From Mytilus californianus (Eukaryota): a stretch of 64,000 bases of DNA. The notes under the pieces were generated by a model. That model made no database searches, was not told the DNA's origin, and worked only from the letters and a program-made list of their open reading frames with translations. The stretch spans positions 121,396,001 to 121,460,000 of the forward strand of contig NW_026262679.1 in the NCBI RefSeq assembly GCF_021869535.1, in the 5' to 3' direction. Shown here in pieces: positions 1-13,649 of this stretch (position 1 is the stretch's first letter; each line of letters begins with the position of its first letter). The position numbers were made by a program, and so were the translations under genes.

Positions 1-1065
1 AACCAAAAATTATCTAGAACTTTCTCTAATTACTAGACATGCAGAAACGAAAAGACTACCATTTGTAAGTCAGGATGAGGGTAACTTCAAAATAAGATGG
101 TTAGGTCGGTGGGTTTTTTATGGCCATGTTTTGATATTCTTCTTAATAACCTAATTCTTACAAAGACTGGTGCTTAAGTTGCTATTTAAAAGAAGTAATT
201 ATGCAAATATCAACCCACCCACAATGACCTCTATTAAGCTATTTTATCCACTGAACAATTGCTTATCGTTCTAAAAAATCTGCAGTAATGTAACTAACAA
301 AAATGCAATAGTGCTGTAGCAAGTTGTTCTTGTCCACCACCACTTATATGGAAGAGTTAAATATGATTAGAATTATACACACAATTCTTCCAATCTTTCC
401 ATCAGTGATTTCAGATCACGTATATTAATCTATCAAGCAGATTAAATATTCTGTAATAGTATAACTCTGAATTTGAGGTCAACAATATTGGTAACTAGAT
501 TTTTTGCAGCAACTAGTATATATCATTCTGAGATGTTGGGTATACATTAATGTGACTACAACCCAAAAATCAATTCAAGCAAAAAACTGATTTATATCTG
601 AAGGTCAACATATTGTCTTGATCACTATTTTAAATTCATGTGTTCAGGTTAATGCAAATTTATTTTAAAGAGTATATGTCCCTCTTGTATATGGTGTGGC
701 CTAATTTTCAAGCTCTATACATCAAGTTTTACTTTTGGGATCTGGTCTGTTCATCAGTAGCTATAGATGATATGTAAAAATATTTGACAAATTATGACAT
801 ATTTTTCTGGTATTACTGAGTCTATTGGCGCAAACATTTTATATTATGAATGTTCTTGTCAGTACTAGTGGTCCACTTTTTACTATGAAGGGTAATTTAA
901 GGGAAGGATTGGACGACCAATTTTACGGTAAAAATCAGTTGACACACTTCCTTGCACCCTGATTAAGTTTTGCACTTGCATCATATACTTTTGTGTGTAT
1001 GTTCTTATGAAAATCGAGCACAAGTAGTCTGTATTTGGGAGAAAACACATTTTTTCTTGTTGCAG

Positions 1066-1832
1066 AACAAGATATTATAACCCTCCAGATGTTCCAGGTT
1101 ATTTTGACAAAGTTGTTTGGCCTCATCATATACAGAATTACGGTGAAATAACTGAAAGAGTTGATATTAGTGAGTTTAATATAGTTATACATCCCCAAAC
1201 TGTAGCAATCAGTCTGTTTGTCTGGACCAACTTGTTTATCCTTTGTTTGGTTAACTATAAACTTTTGTAGAATAATTTATCATGATTATGATATATCAGT
1301 CTTGTTTCTATCAAAATGATATGATTCAGCTGTACTGTGTGCCTTTACAAGTTTATAAATGATCAATGATAGAAATTATATAATAAATCCAGGTTGTTTT
1401 TATTTCAAACTTGATTCAAAGGGAGATAAAGCAGATTTAAATGTTATCGAACCCTTAGTATCATTAGAGTATTCTCCCCTTATATCTAAGTAGTCTATTA
1501 ATTACATATAGTCCAATCTGTCATTTTAACTTTGGGCTCAAAATATTGGTTAAAATCATTTGAAACTAGTGATGTAAGCATAATATAAAGCTTTCAAAAT
1601 GATTTTTGACTCAAAGTGTACTAACTTTCATTAATTTTTTTCAGATCAAAACAGCAAATTTTGATACCCATTCTAAAATTATGCATTAAAAATGTATATA
1701 ATAGCACTATGTCACTTTGTTGCTGAAAACATTATTATATCTATTTCAGATTTTATTAAAGAAGGAATGAGTAAAGAAGAAATATTTACCCAAGTGAAAA
1801 ATGACATTGACATTTATCTGCAATCGTTATGA
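1066..1832 (+). CDS. NMRK1: Nicotinamide riboside kinase, last two coding exons (gene begins upstream of the window)
   Basis: Exons 1066-1169 (ttgcag|...|gtgagt) and 1750-1832 (tttcag|, TGA at 1830-1832) splice in frame to TRYYNPPDVPGYFDKVVWPHHIQNYGEITERVDINFIKEGMSKEEIFTQVKNDIDIYLQSL*. This matches the NRK C-terminal motif Y.PPD.PGYFD..VWP as I recall it from human NRK1. NMRK1 versus NMRK2 cannot be resolved here. Confidence 0.88.
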
Positions 1833-2189
1833 TGCTGCAACAATTAAACTTTAGCACTGTAGTTGTCAATATAGATGTTGTACACAAGGAGGAGAAATGT
1901 GATAGTTTATTGTATTTTTATATACTTTTACAGCATAGGTCGTTAATGTTTATTCATTTATTTACTCACTTTGCCATGACTGTATTAAATATTACCATCA
2001 TCTCTCATAAATTTTTCAAAAATATTGTTTTATTGCCTCCAAACTACTCCGCCATTTGAACATAACATAGCTGTAAATATATTACAGCATTGAGAATGAC
2101 ACTGACATGTCTGTCTGCCTTGTGTGCCTGTCTGGACTTTCCTATACATTTTTATCTCTGACAGTTACATGGTTGAATATAAAAATTAG

Positions 2190-2495
2190 AAGATGTTGTA
2201 TAAATGCCAATGAGACAACTCTCGACCAGACCAAATGAAGAAGTAGATAACAACTATAGGTCACCATACAACCTTCAACAATGAGCAAAACTCCTATCTC
2301 ATAGTAAGCTATAAAAGACCTAGGAATTACTAATGTAAAACAATTCAAACGAGAAAAGTAACAGCCTTATTTATGTACAAAAAAAGAAACGAAAAAAAAA
2401 AAATATATACAGCACTAACGACAACCACTGAATTACAGGCTCATTACTTGGGACAGGCACATACACAATGTGGTGGGGTTAAACTTGTTTGCTGA
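2190..2495 (+). repeat. Dispersed repeat (AATGAGACAACTCTC...GGTCACC...ACTTGGGACAGGCAC family)
   Basis: Clearly related copies in the window at about 3095-3590 (+), 24352-24435 (-), 27060-27335 (-), 36770-36930 (-), 37065-37195 (-) and 53390-53505 (-). Class not established. Confidence 0.8.
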
Positions 2496-2908
2496 ATGTC
2501 CACTACAAATGTGACTATTTCAAAGATAAACATTTTTCTGTCTGTTTGTATGTAATTACTTTGCTTTTAGGTCCATCTTCAGAAACCTAACATTATGTAC
2601 AAATGATATTTCATCACTTTTATCCACTTCACTTGTAAAGGCTTATTGGGTTTTTTTTTTCAAGTTTGTTCAATATGGCAAATGTATCAAACAAACAAAG
2701 TCAGATCTCTTCTGTGTCATATGCCCTTAATATAAAATTCAGTCATAATCTGTTAAGCAGATATTTTAACATCTGCACCCTTGTTAATACAAGTTAACTG
2801 CAGGACTAATATAAGGTAAAATAGAAAAAACAAAGGATATGGGGTATCAATCCATGACAAATCAGTACATGTACAGCAAAAAACACACAAATATCAAAGG
2901 AACAGCTC

Positions 2909-2994
2909 TTTTATTGCTGTTCTTCATCTCAAAGTTACAAAGTTCATTATTGAAGACCCATCAACAGCTGTCTAGATGAAGAACAGCAATAAAA
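2909..2994. repeat. Perfect 21-bp inverted repeat with 44-nt spacer
   Basis: TTTTATTGCTGTTCTTCATCT (2909-2929) is the exact reverse complement of AGATGAAGAACAGCAATAAAA (2974-2994). Confidence 0.9.
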
Positions 2995-3094
2995 TTTCAT
3001 TTGATTGTCTCAAGATCATCCACCATATATCACTTCTTTTATAATGTTATAGTAACTGGGATTAGTAAATTTCTTCATGACAAAATTATATATG

Positions 3095-3590
3095 AAAATA
3101 AGGAGATGTGGTATGATAGCCAATGAGACAACTATTCAACAGAGTTCAAATGAAGTGGATGTAAGCAATTGTAGGGCCTTTAACAATGAGAAAAACCCAT
3201 ACCGTATGGTTGGCTATAAAAGGCTCTGACATGAAAAATGTGAGACTATTAGACAAGAAAACTAATGGCCTAATTTAAAACCAAACAAATAAGACAAACC
3301 ACTGAACTACAGGCTCCTGACTTGGGACAGGCACATAAAGAATGTGGAGGGGTTAAACATGTTTGTGAGCACTCAACCCTCCCCCTAACCTGGGACAGTG
3401 GTGTAACAGCACACATAAGAACAAACTGTAAAAATCTGTAGCAATTGGCTTTACTCAAAAGATTGGTACGAAGACAACTAACATAAAAACAATAGACACA
3501 AAGCACCAAAATAAGAGTACTCGCAGTTTCTGAAAGATAGTTCAAAGCCAATTACAACTAATGAATAAATCATGCTCTCCCAGACTTTAT
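3095..3590 (+). repeat. Longer copy of the same dispersed repeat family
   Basis: Shares GGAGATGTGGTATGATAGCCAATGAGACAAC, ACCACTGAACTACAGGCTCCTGACTTGGGACAGGCACAT and GGGGTTAAAC blocks with 2190-2495 and the minus-strand copies. Confidence 0.75.
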
Positions 3591-3740
3591 GCATAGTATA
3601 CTCCTTTCAGCTCGTCTGGCTCCAAAAGCCCAGCTCAAATTTTCTCATCGATTTTTATATGTATCCTGCCCTAAGTTTTATTACACTGTGTTTCAAGTGA
3701 CTTACTTATTAAATAGTGCTGGGTGTATAACAGACAATTT

Positions 3741-3871
3741 CAGATGTGGATCCAGGATTTTGAAGAAGGGGTGGCCCACCAACAAGGCAACATTAGGGGT
3801 GGGACTTGTAAAAGGTCTACGTAGCTCCATTAGGGGGGCTGCTCACCAACCCCCACCTAAATCTGCCTCTG
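3741..3871. mobile_element. MITE with CAG...CTG termini and candidate 5-bp TSD
   Basis: Imperfect TIRs CAGATGTGGATCC / AAATCTGCCTCTG, flanked by AATTT (3736-3740) and AATTT (3872-3876). GC-rich island in AT-rich DNA, similar to 33133-33257. Confidence 0.55.
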
Positions 3872-4782
3872 AATTTTTTGTTACTGTAATATTTTGTTTA
3901 TGTTTATTATAGTTGTAAAATAAGAAGATGCATAATTATGTCATTTTTTTGTACCAATTGACATATTTTTGCACTTTTATGATCCTAAAGACTAAAACAA
4001 AATGAGTTTTTTTTCTGTTTTGAGCTCTTCTTTCAGAAGATGAGTAGATATTTTATAAGGTTGTCTCTTTTCTTCTTTGTTCTCCTTAGGGCCTGGTCAT
4101 GCTAATAATACCATGGTACCAATGTGCTATATTGTTTATATCATGCTGTTGTCTGAAATCGATCATTTAATAGAATGCATTATAAATGTGGGTAATAATT
4201 CCAAGGAAACTTTTTTTAAATCACATTAATGGTATTTGAAAATACTTAGAAGAATATTGTTGAAATAAAAAAAAGGACCAGTAACCACAAAACATCATGT
4301 CTGATAACTTCATAATAAATACCACCCCAAGTAATAAGTGTGTCACCATCACTTGTTGCTGTACCAAACACTTGTGCAATGTTCTAACATGATATATTTT
4401 AAAACTATTCCTGAATATCAACCAGCAAAAAGTTGATATTTTTGTAATTAAGCACTTTACTTCCAATTTCACACCTTGCCATCTATGGAGAAAATAAATA
4501 TTATTCAGTGTGTTTTTAATAGAAAAGAAAATCAGCAAATATTGATAAAAGCTGATGTAACATTTTTATTAGATTCTGTGATTACTTTTAATTTTAATGT
4601 GTACATTTGGAATTATTTATTTTATCAATCATATATTGATCAAAATAAATAAAAATGTTTCACTGATATAATGTCCTTTGCATTGAATCTTTTTTTTCTG
4701 TCTTTTCAGTTGATGAATTTCAATCATTTTAAGATAATTATATGGGAAGATCACGATTGTTGAATACTAAATCTGGCAGTTA

Positions 4783-6566
4783 TCAATTATATCCTTTCCA
4801 AGCATATGAGGAAACAATTCCCATATCTTTATATATTGATGAATGAACACGTCGGTCACTGTCAACTATTTTCTCTTTGTTTACTTTCGTCATTCTTCCT
4901 AGCTGAAAAAGATAAGAACAGATTTGTAAGTTACTTTGTTATAAATCCTTGTTGTTCTAAAATTACAACTCACATGAAAGATGAGAACTCAATGATTTAT
5001 TAGAGAAGAGGTTTTTGCAATAAATAATATTTTTACCTGATGTTCATAAAGATATGAACATTTATAACTACTTTGGATTTTTTTTATGAACTCAAGTGTT
5101 GACTGGGACAACGAAATACGGTCTCCATAATTCTCCTGTGCGGTAGTAATCGATTTTCGAGTTTTGCAAGATGAATAAATTCGCAGCCATGTCCAGTCTT
5201 AGTTGGTACACTCAGTATACCTGATCTCTCGTGTAGGGAGAGTGCAATGCCCTCTGCTTGTTTTAAAACCATATAAACAACTCTGAGAATGGTCCGTAGC
5301 CAACCACATGCAATTGTTTCTTTCCATGGGAATCAACGTATCCTCTTTTCTGGTGGTGTATGAATTCACTATTCAGTTCACCCCACTTTGACCAAATTTT
5401 CTCAGAGACCTGCTGTACCATTTGCCTCAACTTTATAGATCCTAACTCAAGGATTTATTGCTCTCGTCCAGAATATGCATGAAATATTTGACCTTGTGTG
5501 TTAAGCATAGAACAATTATATCAATCAATCAATGTTCACGGAAGGCTTATTTCTGAACTAATTATTTGTTCCGTATAGAAGTCCTGAAAAAAAATACTAT
5601 TTTACACCGCTGTCAAATTCATGTCCCCCGATTTGACCCAAATTCTCATATTTAATTTATAACATACTAACGTACAGTATTCAAATTACAAAAAGTCCGA
5701 AAGAAACAATTAACAATGCATAGACTCGTTATAATGTATTTCGTGCGTATGAATATTATTGAAGGACTAATAATTATAAACATGTCAATAATCATACCAG
5801 ATACCTATGTTCAAAACGCTAAAACTAGATGAACCATGAAAATAGATAAAGTTTCATAGGGTCCGCTGTACAAACAAAAAAAGTTGCTTGAAACTTTGAG
5901 GCGCGGATTTAGTAAAAATCATGGTATTTATGGAGATCCTGAAATATTTCAGGACCTCCATAATTCGATTTAAGGATAGCCTGATATCGATTTTAGGATA
6001 TTATGAAGTTGATTTGAAGATAATCATATCCTGATATCGAATGGTGGAGGTCCTGAAATATGTTGGTTGGTCCTCAATGAATAATGGATATACTGAATCG
6101 TATTATGGAGGTCCTGAAATATTTCAGGATATCCTTAAATACAATATTTTTTTACAAAATCTGCGCCTCATTATGAAAATATTTCATTCAGCAATCTAAA
6201 AGAACCAAAACTAACTGATTTTGCCCAAGATATATATATATATATACATATGGGGAATAAAGAGTGGACTAACTGGACTGATAAGGAGCTTGTAGTGTCA
6301 CTTGGTCATTAGAAAGACATATATACTATGGATTTTAACAAGTGCTTTATACAAACCATTTCTGATATTTCATCATCAGACATCTTTTTTCCTGTTCGTT
6401 CATAGTATCTTTCCTTGTATTCTTTTATTTTATAAAGTCTGTCAACAGTTTGTTCTATTTCATAGTCTGTCATTTTCTGGTGTCCCATGCCAAATTCTGG
6501 CTTAAGAATTGTTCCCCATGGCATTTTAGGCTTTGGAGGACGCACTGACGATCGTTGAGATGACAT
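4783..6566 (-). CDS. Uncharacterised 109-aa protein, two coding exons
   Basis: Exon A 6566-6357 (70 codons, ACA-ATG context, acceptor ttttttttcag 10 nt upstream, donor ATG|gtttgt) joins phase 0 to exon B 4902-4783 (ttatctttttcag|CTA...TGA). Product: MSSQRSSVRPPKPKMPWGTILKPEFGMGHQKMTDYEIEQTVDRLYKIKEYKERYYERTGKKMSDDEISEMLGRMTKVNKEKIVDSDRRVHSSIYKDMGIVSSYAWKGYN*. AATAAA on the minus strand at 4621-4616. Candidate non-coding first-exon donor cag|gtgagt at 7910/7909. Confidence 0.8.
5897..6170. mobile_element. MITE in the intron of the 109-aa gene
   Basis: TIRs TGAGGCGCGGATTTAGTAAAAA / TTTTTACAAAATCTGCGCCTCA, with internal repeated palindrome (G)TCCTGAAATATTTCAGGA. No clean TSD. Confidence 0.8.
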
Positions 6567-9500
6567 TGTAGATGTTCTGAAAAAAAAACTTTTGAAAATA
6601 ACGTCAAAAATATTTTCCTCTTTCTCTGGACGAAAGAAAAATCCACCTTTCTAATACAACTAAAATGTTATAAGAATTATCTCTAGCCATTATATTTGTG
6701 AAGAAAATCCACAATTCTTCTTATTCAACTAAAATGGCTATACTGTTGTAAGAATTATCTCTGGCCATTATATATTAATGAGAATTAAATGTAAAATTTG
6801 TCTTTTCTTTCGTTCTAAACGATATTTGACGATATTTAACGAATGTTTGCTTTGAAGTAAGAATCTAACATTCAAACCCCACCAAAAATAATAAAATAAA
6901 TACCTCCTGACTTATTACAGTCATTCTGGGACATGCTATATTGAATATACCATTCCCAGAGACATTCTAATTACTTCAAGTGTAAAGTTTAAATGTTTGA
7001 ACATATATGACTTTGTCTTATAAACTCTTTCCATGTTTTTTTTTTCGTTTTTTTTAACATAGCAATAAAAATATAACTACCTTCTTTTTATCACGGAGAG
7101 AATATGTTTTAATTATGCTGACGAGACCACAGATTGTCCAAAGTATATTTCGAGATTACAGATTTGTATTGAAAAGCTGTAGATCCTTCAATTTGTTTTT
7201 TTCACAATCAATTAATCCGATAAAGAACTAGGAGTATTGAACTTTTAATTTTGTAAATGCGCTTTACGTGTTTGTTTCTTATCGATTACTTATTGATTTC
7301 CCCCTAATTCTTTGGCATGATTATAAAGGTTCAACAGTTTTCAATAATTTTCAGTTAGATGAGCTGATAAAAACTTTCATAGACATTAAATATCCGTCAG
7401 AACTACATTGATTTGTTTGTAAATAATATTGTAATTTACTTGTGTTTTACTGTCATTTTCATTAGTAATGTTTGAATTTCCTGGCAACATAAATATTTAG
7501 AGGACTCCTACGAAACAACTAGCTACTGTCTAATCTATATAAGCACGGATTAAATTCAATACATGTATATAAAAAATCTTTCAATATAAAACAACGTATA
7601 TAAGGCTTCTTTTGAGTTATCTAATTATTCTCGAATGCGAACTTCGAGAGAAAACAAGCGATTATTTTCTTTCACAAGCAAAGTTCGTTCAAGTTTTGTA
7701 TATAAAATCATTAGTATTATCTAGTTCTAACTCTAACTACTCAAGTAAATACGCAAGATTTAATTTAATCTTAAAAACTTATAAACATAAATATATTATC
7801 CCTTGTAATGTTTCCATGATAACGTGTTGCTGAGCACGATGTACACAATAACATCATGGTAAAACGTATTTTCCAGATATCTGCATTTGCATTAAAAAAT
7901 AAAACTCACCTGACCCAAAAATCCGTCTACTCAATATTCTTACAAACATTCTGAACTTACCAAAGTGGTTCGACTAAATAACTACGATCCGTTGAGTTAT
8001 AGTATATTTATTTTCAAATTTAACTGTAGAATAAGTATACTTATAAGATTTACCTTGGGGTACAACATAAATCCTTTAATTTAATTCATTGGTATTTTAC
8101 ATGAAGTTTCCAGCATAGAAATAATCCACCTGTCACTCAAGCGTTGCTGGCCAAAAAATGTTTGATTTAAAATGTTGATCGATTTTGTTGTTTGTTTGCG
8201 CATGTACTTCACAAATGACTTAATTCATATACAAAAGTTGTAAATGCAATTCATTTCATATGATATCAAGCTCTCTTTTTAAACGAATGACAATTTTACG
8301 ATATTGAAAATTTAAACGACACCTTTGAATAATAAATTATGTCTGTTTTCTATAGAATGTAGACCAAACATAAATAAATTTTAAACGTCCAGACAATAAG
8401 AAATGTGTAATGTGTCTACAATGGTTAGATAAGCGAGCTCTCCGCATGGGTCTTATTCTGATTCGTTCTTGCATTTTTAAATGATTTTTTTTTAGAACAA
8501 TTTGCTACCAGTTTGGCTTATGCTGTACTTTAAAGAGGGTTTCTTATATAAGACTAAAAATGAACAAAATGAATAACGCACATATCATTAGTAACTTCAT
8601 GATTTCAGTTTCCCTAGTTTTAATTAAGTGTAATTTTGTATTTATGAACAAATGATTGCTTTTCACTATGCGTTAGTTGTATTATAAATTTGAGATATCT
8701 CAAGTTAACCCAAATAATCATCACTAAGGGCGTTTTGGTATTTGTTTCCGATTTAGGTGCAACCAAGTATAATTGTATTTTCCAATATGTCCTTCAGAAT
8801 CAATTAGAAACGATAAAGACTCTGTTTTCATGCGCTATGGACATACACTCTACTTTCAGTATGAAAATAAGAATGGGGGATCGGAGGGTCAGGACATTTA
8901 AACCGGCTGCTCCCAATGTAATATCAAAATATATTGCGATGAAAACTATGAAATATCTTGCTAGGTAACATTTTGAAAATATTAACCATTTATATATAAA
9001 GAAATTGCCTTCACCTTTTGTAAGATATAAGATCAAGAAGGCATCCGTACGCTTTTTTTTTATTTATCCAACGCATTTGTCTTTTAGATATAGGTATTGA
9101 CCCTTGTTATAATGTTAAATAATTAAAAATACTAAAAAAAGTAACTGATAACTATTCTAAAAAGATGTGTAATAAGATTGACAAAAAAAATCTACAGGAA
9201 AATAACAGAAATATTATACAAATCAATAAAAACAGATCAATCTAAAATTCAGTATTATCTTAATCTTTCAAATTTTGTGATTCAAAGATTGCTTATAAAA
9301 TACAGAATCAGTGACCATATATCTATTGAAATAGGGAAAGAGAAACATTTTTCTAAGAACGAATCTGAATTAGATGTAAAAATTAAATTGATGATGCATG
9401 TCATTTCTTTCTTTGTTGTGATATAACCGTGACCAAGAATATTATTAAATTTCAATATTGTAGAAAATAGTTTTAATAAGTTTACAAACGTTTAAAACTT

Positions 9501-12500
9501 AACAAGCCTAGGCTTCTGAATCCGCCAACACCAATTGAAATTATAACAGTTTCATCCTTTATAAAACCAGACCTGAAGAGCTAGGATACTAGAAATACCA
9601 ATTTACTGTTCACATTTATTTGTCATGTTTATGTCATTTGTGTGTCTTAATCACTATTAGAATTGGTTTGCTTTAAATAAAAGTGTGTTAGTAATAGCAA
9701 AAAACACATTAGATAAAGTAAAATGGACTGAAATAATACAACTTTATTGACAAATCTGTAATATAGATAATGGAATCCGTGCTCCCAAGCGTCTGTGATA
9801 AAGTTTTAAAAAGTATACATATCAACGTTTTCTATAAAAATGCTTATCATTTATATTCGGGTTTGTTTATATTTACCTTTTATATTTCCTCTTCAACAGA
9901 CATTCGGACAACAGTGATGTTACATCGTCTACGCTTTCATCTGATACACTTTCTATGTAGATGGGATTGTCCCCCAATGTTACACGACTTGATATTGAAT
10001 CTGTAACTTCTATTGCCTGTAAACATCAGAATATATAAAGCTAGACATTTCAGTAAATAATGATTCGAGTTTGGTAAAGTATACATATTTTCAATTCCAT
10101 ATAAATGTTTAATAATGTCAAAGATTTGCGGAAATTTTCTGTTTAGGAATGAAATAGGTGTCTCTTTCATTGTTGTAACAGTATATATAGTTTTTGGTGC
10201 CTTTGGCTATAGGCAGCATGAGCGAAAAGAATATGCAGATGAATGATGGAATACCATAAAGCTGCACAAGACACAATCATGCAAGGATAAAAGGTGAAAA
10301 GTGAAATAAGACAATGGGATATATCCATGCCCTACTGCTAGTTCTCAAATACATATTATCTTTGATACCTTGTTTCTATTCTCTCTCAAGTACTGGGAAG
10401 TTCTAATCTCTCTCATTTTAGCTGCTTTGCATGATGTAATGTAAGCAATTTAGTAACAATATACGGAATATACCTTTTATAGCTGTAATCAAAACGATCA
10501 CTAAATGCACACCTATATATAGATCTGTTTGAAGACGGTAGTCACCGAAATCTTTGTAAGAGGTCCTGGGAGCTGGCAAATAACAATATTCCTACAGAGT
10601 ATAATTATCTATTCTGGCATATTGCTGAATTGCACTTTATCCTTAAATGTAAACAATATAGTGCGTGTATAAGCAGCCAAATCGTATAATCTAAACGTCT
10701 GACTTGTTTATACCGGAATATCTCACAAAAATGTTGTTTCAGATTAAGAAAGATGTCCAAACTAAGCAAATGTTAATTTTTTGAGGACAGTTAAGTAAAT
10801 TTCTTACCTTGGAACTGAAACAACTGAACATTTGTCAAAATTTTCAAACACCAAACATTGAACTAATCAATTAGTGACTATCAGTTAAACAAAGTTACGG
10901 TTAATAATTTGATACTTTGTCTATTGTTGGGTTACAGATGGTATCTTTAATTGTTATTAAATGTGAGGCATTGTACCCAGTTTACGCAACCCTTTAACCC
11001 GTATAGGTTTACCACTTAAATGATGTGTTTAATGTACAAAAGGTTAACACATTATCACTCTATTGTCCATGTTGTCAATGGCCCAGACCGTCGAAGTTCT
11101 TCCATTGCCAGATATCATACCTCCATATAACAGGTGCAACGATAACTTAATTGAGTTCTGTAGGCAATGGCAGTCTTATCAAAACAGATTGTTTTTGGTG
11201 TTGTGTACCCTTTTGTTTTTACACATATTTTTGTTGTTATAACCTTCTTTCTATCTTCCTCCTTTATTCTTCGTCCAAACACTTGCGCATGAAGGTATAG
11301 ATTGAAATATATATTGATACACTCAAAAATAAACGTTTAGAGACAAGAATATACGGGGCACGCGAACCAAGAAGGTCTAAGCCACATTGTTTTCCCACTT
11401 AAAAACATACATAGATCTGTATTGTTTTTCTCAAACCAATTCATTGAGCTTTAACTGAGACTTCTATAACAGTATAGTAACAGACTTGAACCATAACGGT
11501 TAAAGCAGCAAAGCTCCTTAAATGCAACAAAAATGAAATGTTCACCTTTATATAGATATCTCAAATGTGTATGCGACTAAAACATATGGAACTGTGTATG
11601 GATATCGAAAAACTTATACATGTGATTTTCCGAGTTACACAAATTAAATATCCTATTAATAGGAATACAAATGCATTTATATAGAGAGTACACGTAAATA
11701 TCAAAAGTTCAATAACTTGATTTTTAGACTCCCTGTCCTACAAAGTTGATTTTAAAACCATATGTTATTGAGATGCATACTTTTCTTAGAGGATGATTTC
11801 TTGATGAACACCAAGAGGTGTTCAAGCTTATTGCGTTGATGTCATTTAGTATCCGAGATTTGAAATTTAACATCAAACTTTAATATATCAATGTAGTTTA
11901 AAATAAGGGTAGAGTGATATATTTTTTATGTGGGAGACTACTGATACAGGCTTCCTTTGATACATTGTTGGATCAACGTTTATAGTTGTATCAGAAATCT
12001 TGACGTAAAACATACAAACAAGTGAAGCGTAAAATATAGAACAGAGTGACCTACTTTTTTTTTTATTATCCTCGACATCCCTTGATGCATTCTAACATCC
12101 ATTATGTGAATGAAGGTAACTTAGTAAATGAGACATGAACTCGGACGTTAAACTTTATATTATTAATGAAGCTTAAAAACATAACTGAAGCCACGGAACC
12201 GCGAAATATTTATCAAGTGTTCTTCATGACGATCAATTAGATGCACATTAAATATGTCGCTGCAGCAGACGTCCCTACAAATGTGCATGTGGACGCTGGA
12301 GAAACTTCATAGATCTTCTCAACTAAGCTTCGGTGATCTTAAAGATCTGTACGGTCATAGCTGTGAAACCATAGGTTTTGTGACTTAAGGTTTTGTGATA
12401 TTTTTCAGTAGTATGATGCTCACAGAGGTAAAATCTTTCTGAAGGGCAATTACTCCTATAATGAGTTCATTTGAAATTTAGGTTCAATTGATTTATTTGT

Positions 12501-13649
12501 AGATCTTAGTTTGCGGATCCTCTTTGTTCAGTTTGCAGTTTCTCTCAAATACAATTTTAATGAAAAAAATTCTCAAATGCAAAAAATGGCAAAACTTTTT
12601 ATTAGATCGGTTATGTTATTTGTAGGTCTTAATTTGCTGATCTGTTTACTTTTTATAGTTTTCAATCTTATCGCAAAGAACGCCAAAAAAAAAAGATACC
12701 TAAATTTGTTCCGTCATCTAAGGGCGATAACTCCTCTAAGAAGTCATAAGCCATCTGATTTTTTTAGGAATACGGGAAAAGACAGATCTTGATATTTTGT
12801 TCATGTTCATCCTTGTCAGATTTTTATCTATTATGGTTTCAAGACATTTGACAATAACTTGCATTTCCCCATATTTTTTTTTAGCCATGTTGATTGATTG
12901 GCGTAAACAAAAAACACAAACTTATCAACAAGTTTGTGTGTTTTTCAATCAAGTAAATACTGTAAGGCTCATTCAGACCAAGTAACAGTTTAGTAAAAAT
13001 TTGTCAATTGGTTTCAGACAGCAAAAGTTATTTCTAAGTACTTGTATGCCTAATAGTGAATCCATTCGGCAATATAATTAAAATATAGATGGAAGTATTA
13101 TATTGATTTTACTTCCATGGTATAACGAAGTCAGAGATCTTTATTTTAATTAGATTGTCCTTTCAGTAGCTTTGGCTTGTTTAAGACTTGGATTAATGAA
13201 CTAGGATACTACTGTATAATTCAAATCTAAGTGAATTTATCCTGCTGTTATTTTGGATGTCACAGAACAGATCTTGTTTTAACAATATTGAGATTATACT
13301 TTTCTCAAGTTTTCTTTATATTTTTTCAAAACATATTTCATTGTATCCAGTAGTCATAGAAATCCAGTTAAGAAATGAAAACTTGGGACAAAAGACAAAT
13401 TATGTATATGGAATATGTGTATACCCTTATAAGTTGTAATAGTTTCATTCAAAACAGTTTTGTACACCAAAACTGAACATTTTAGCTTGAGGAAAGTTTT
13501 GATAATCTGGAAAGTTCTTTTGAGATGGTTTATCATACTGGCAAACTTATTCAAAATATCCATGGGGGTTTTGTTTTAAGCACAAGAGGACCTAATGCAA
13601 CTCCTGTACTACCTGCAATAAGTGTTTTTAATCTAATTTTTAAATGTTA

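Noticed and set aside
5084-5272. 62-aa minus-strand ORF as a possible extra exon of the 109-aa gene
   Set aside because: No convincing in-phase acceptor/donor pair; exon 4902-4783 already gives a clean phase-0 continuation and stop.
6636-6773. Imperfect ~70-bp tandem duplication near the 109-aa gene acceptor
   Set aside because: It lies wholly within the intron and does not include the AG at 6578-6577, so it is not a third case of acceptor amplification.
8000-13600. Short ORFs from the supplied track in this interval
   Set aside because: Low-complexity, Phe/Ile/Leu-rich translations expected from AT-rich non-coding DNA; no coherent exon chain or known motif was found.
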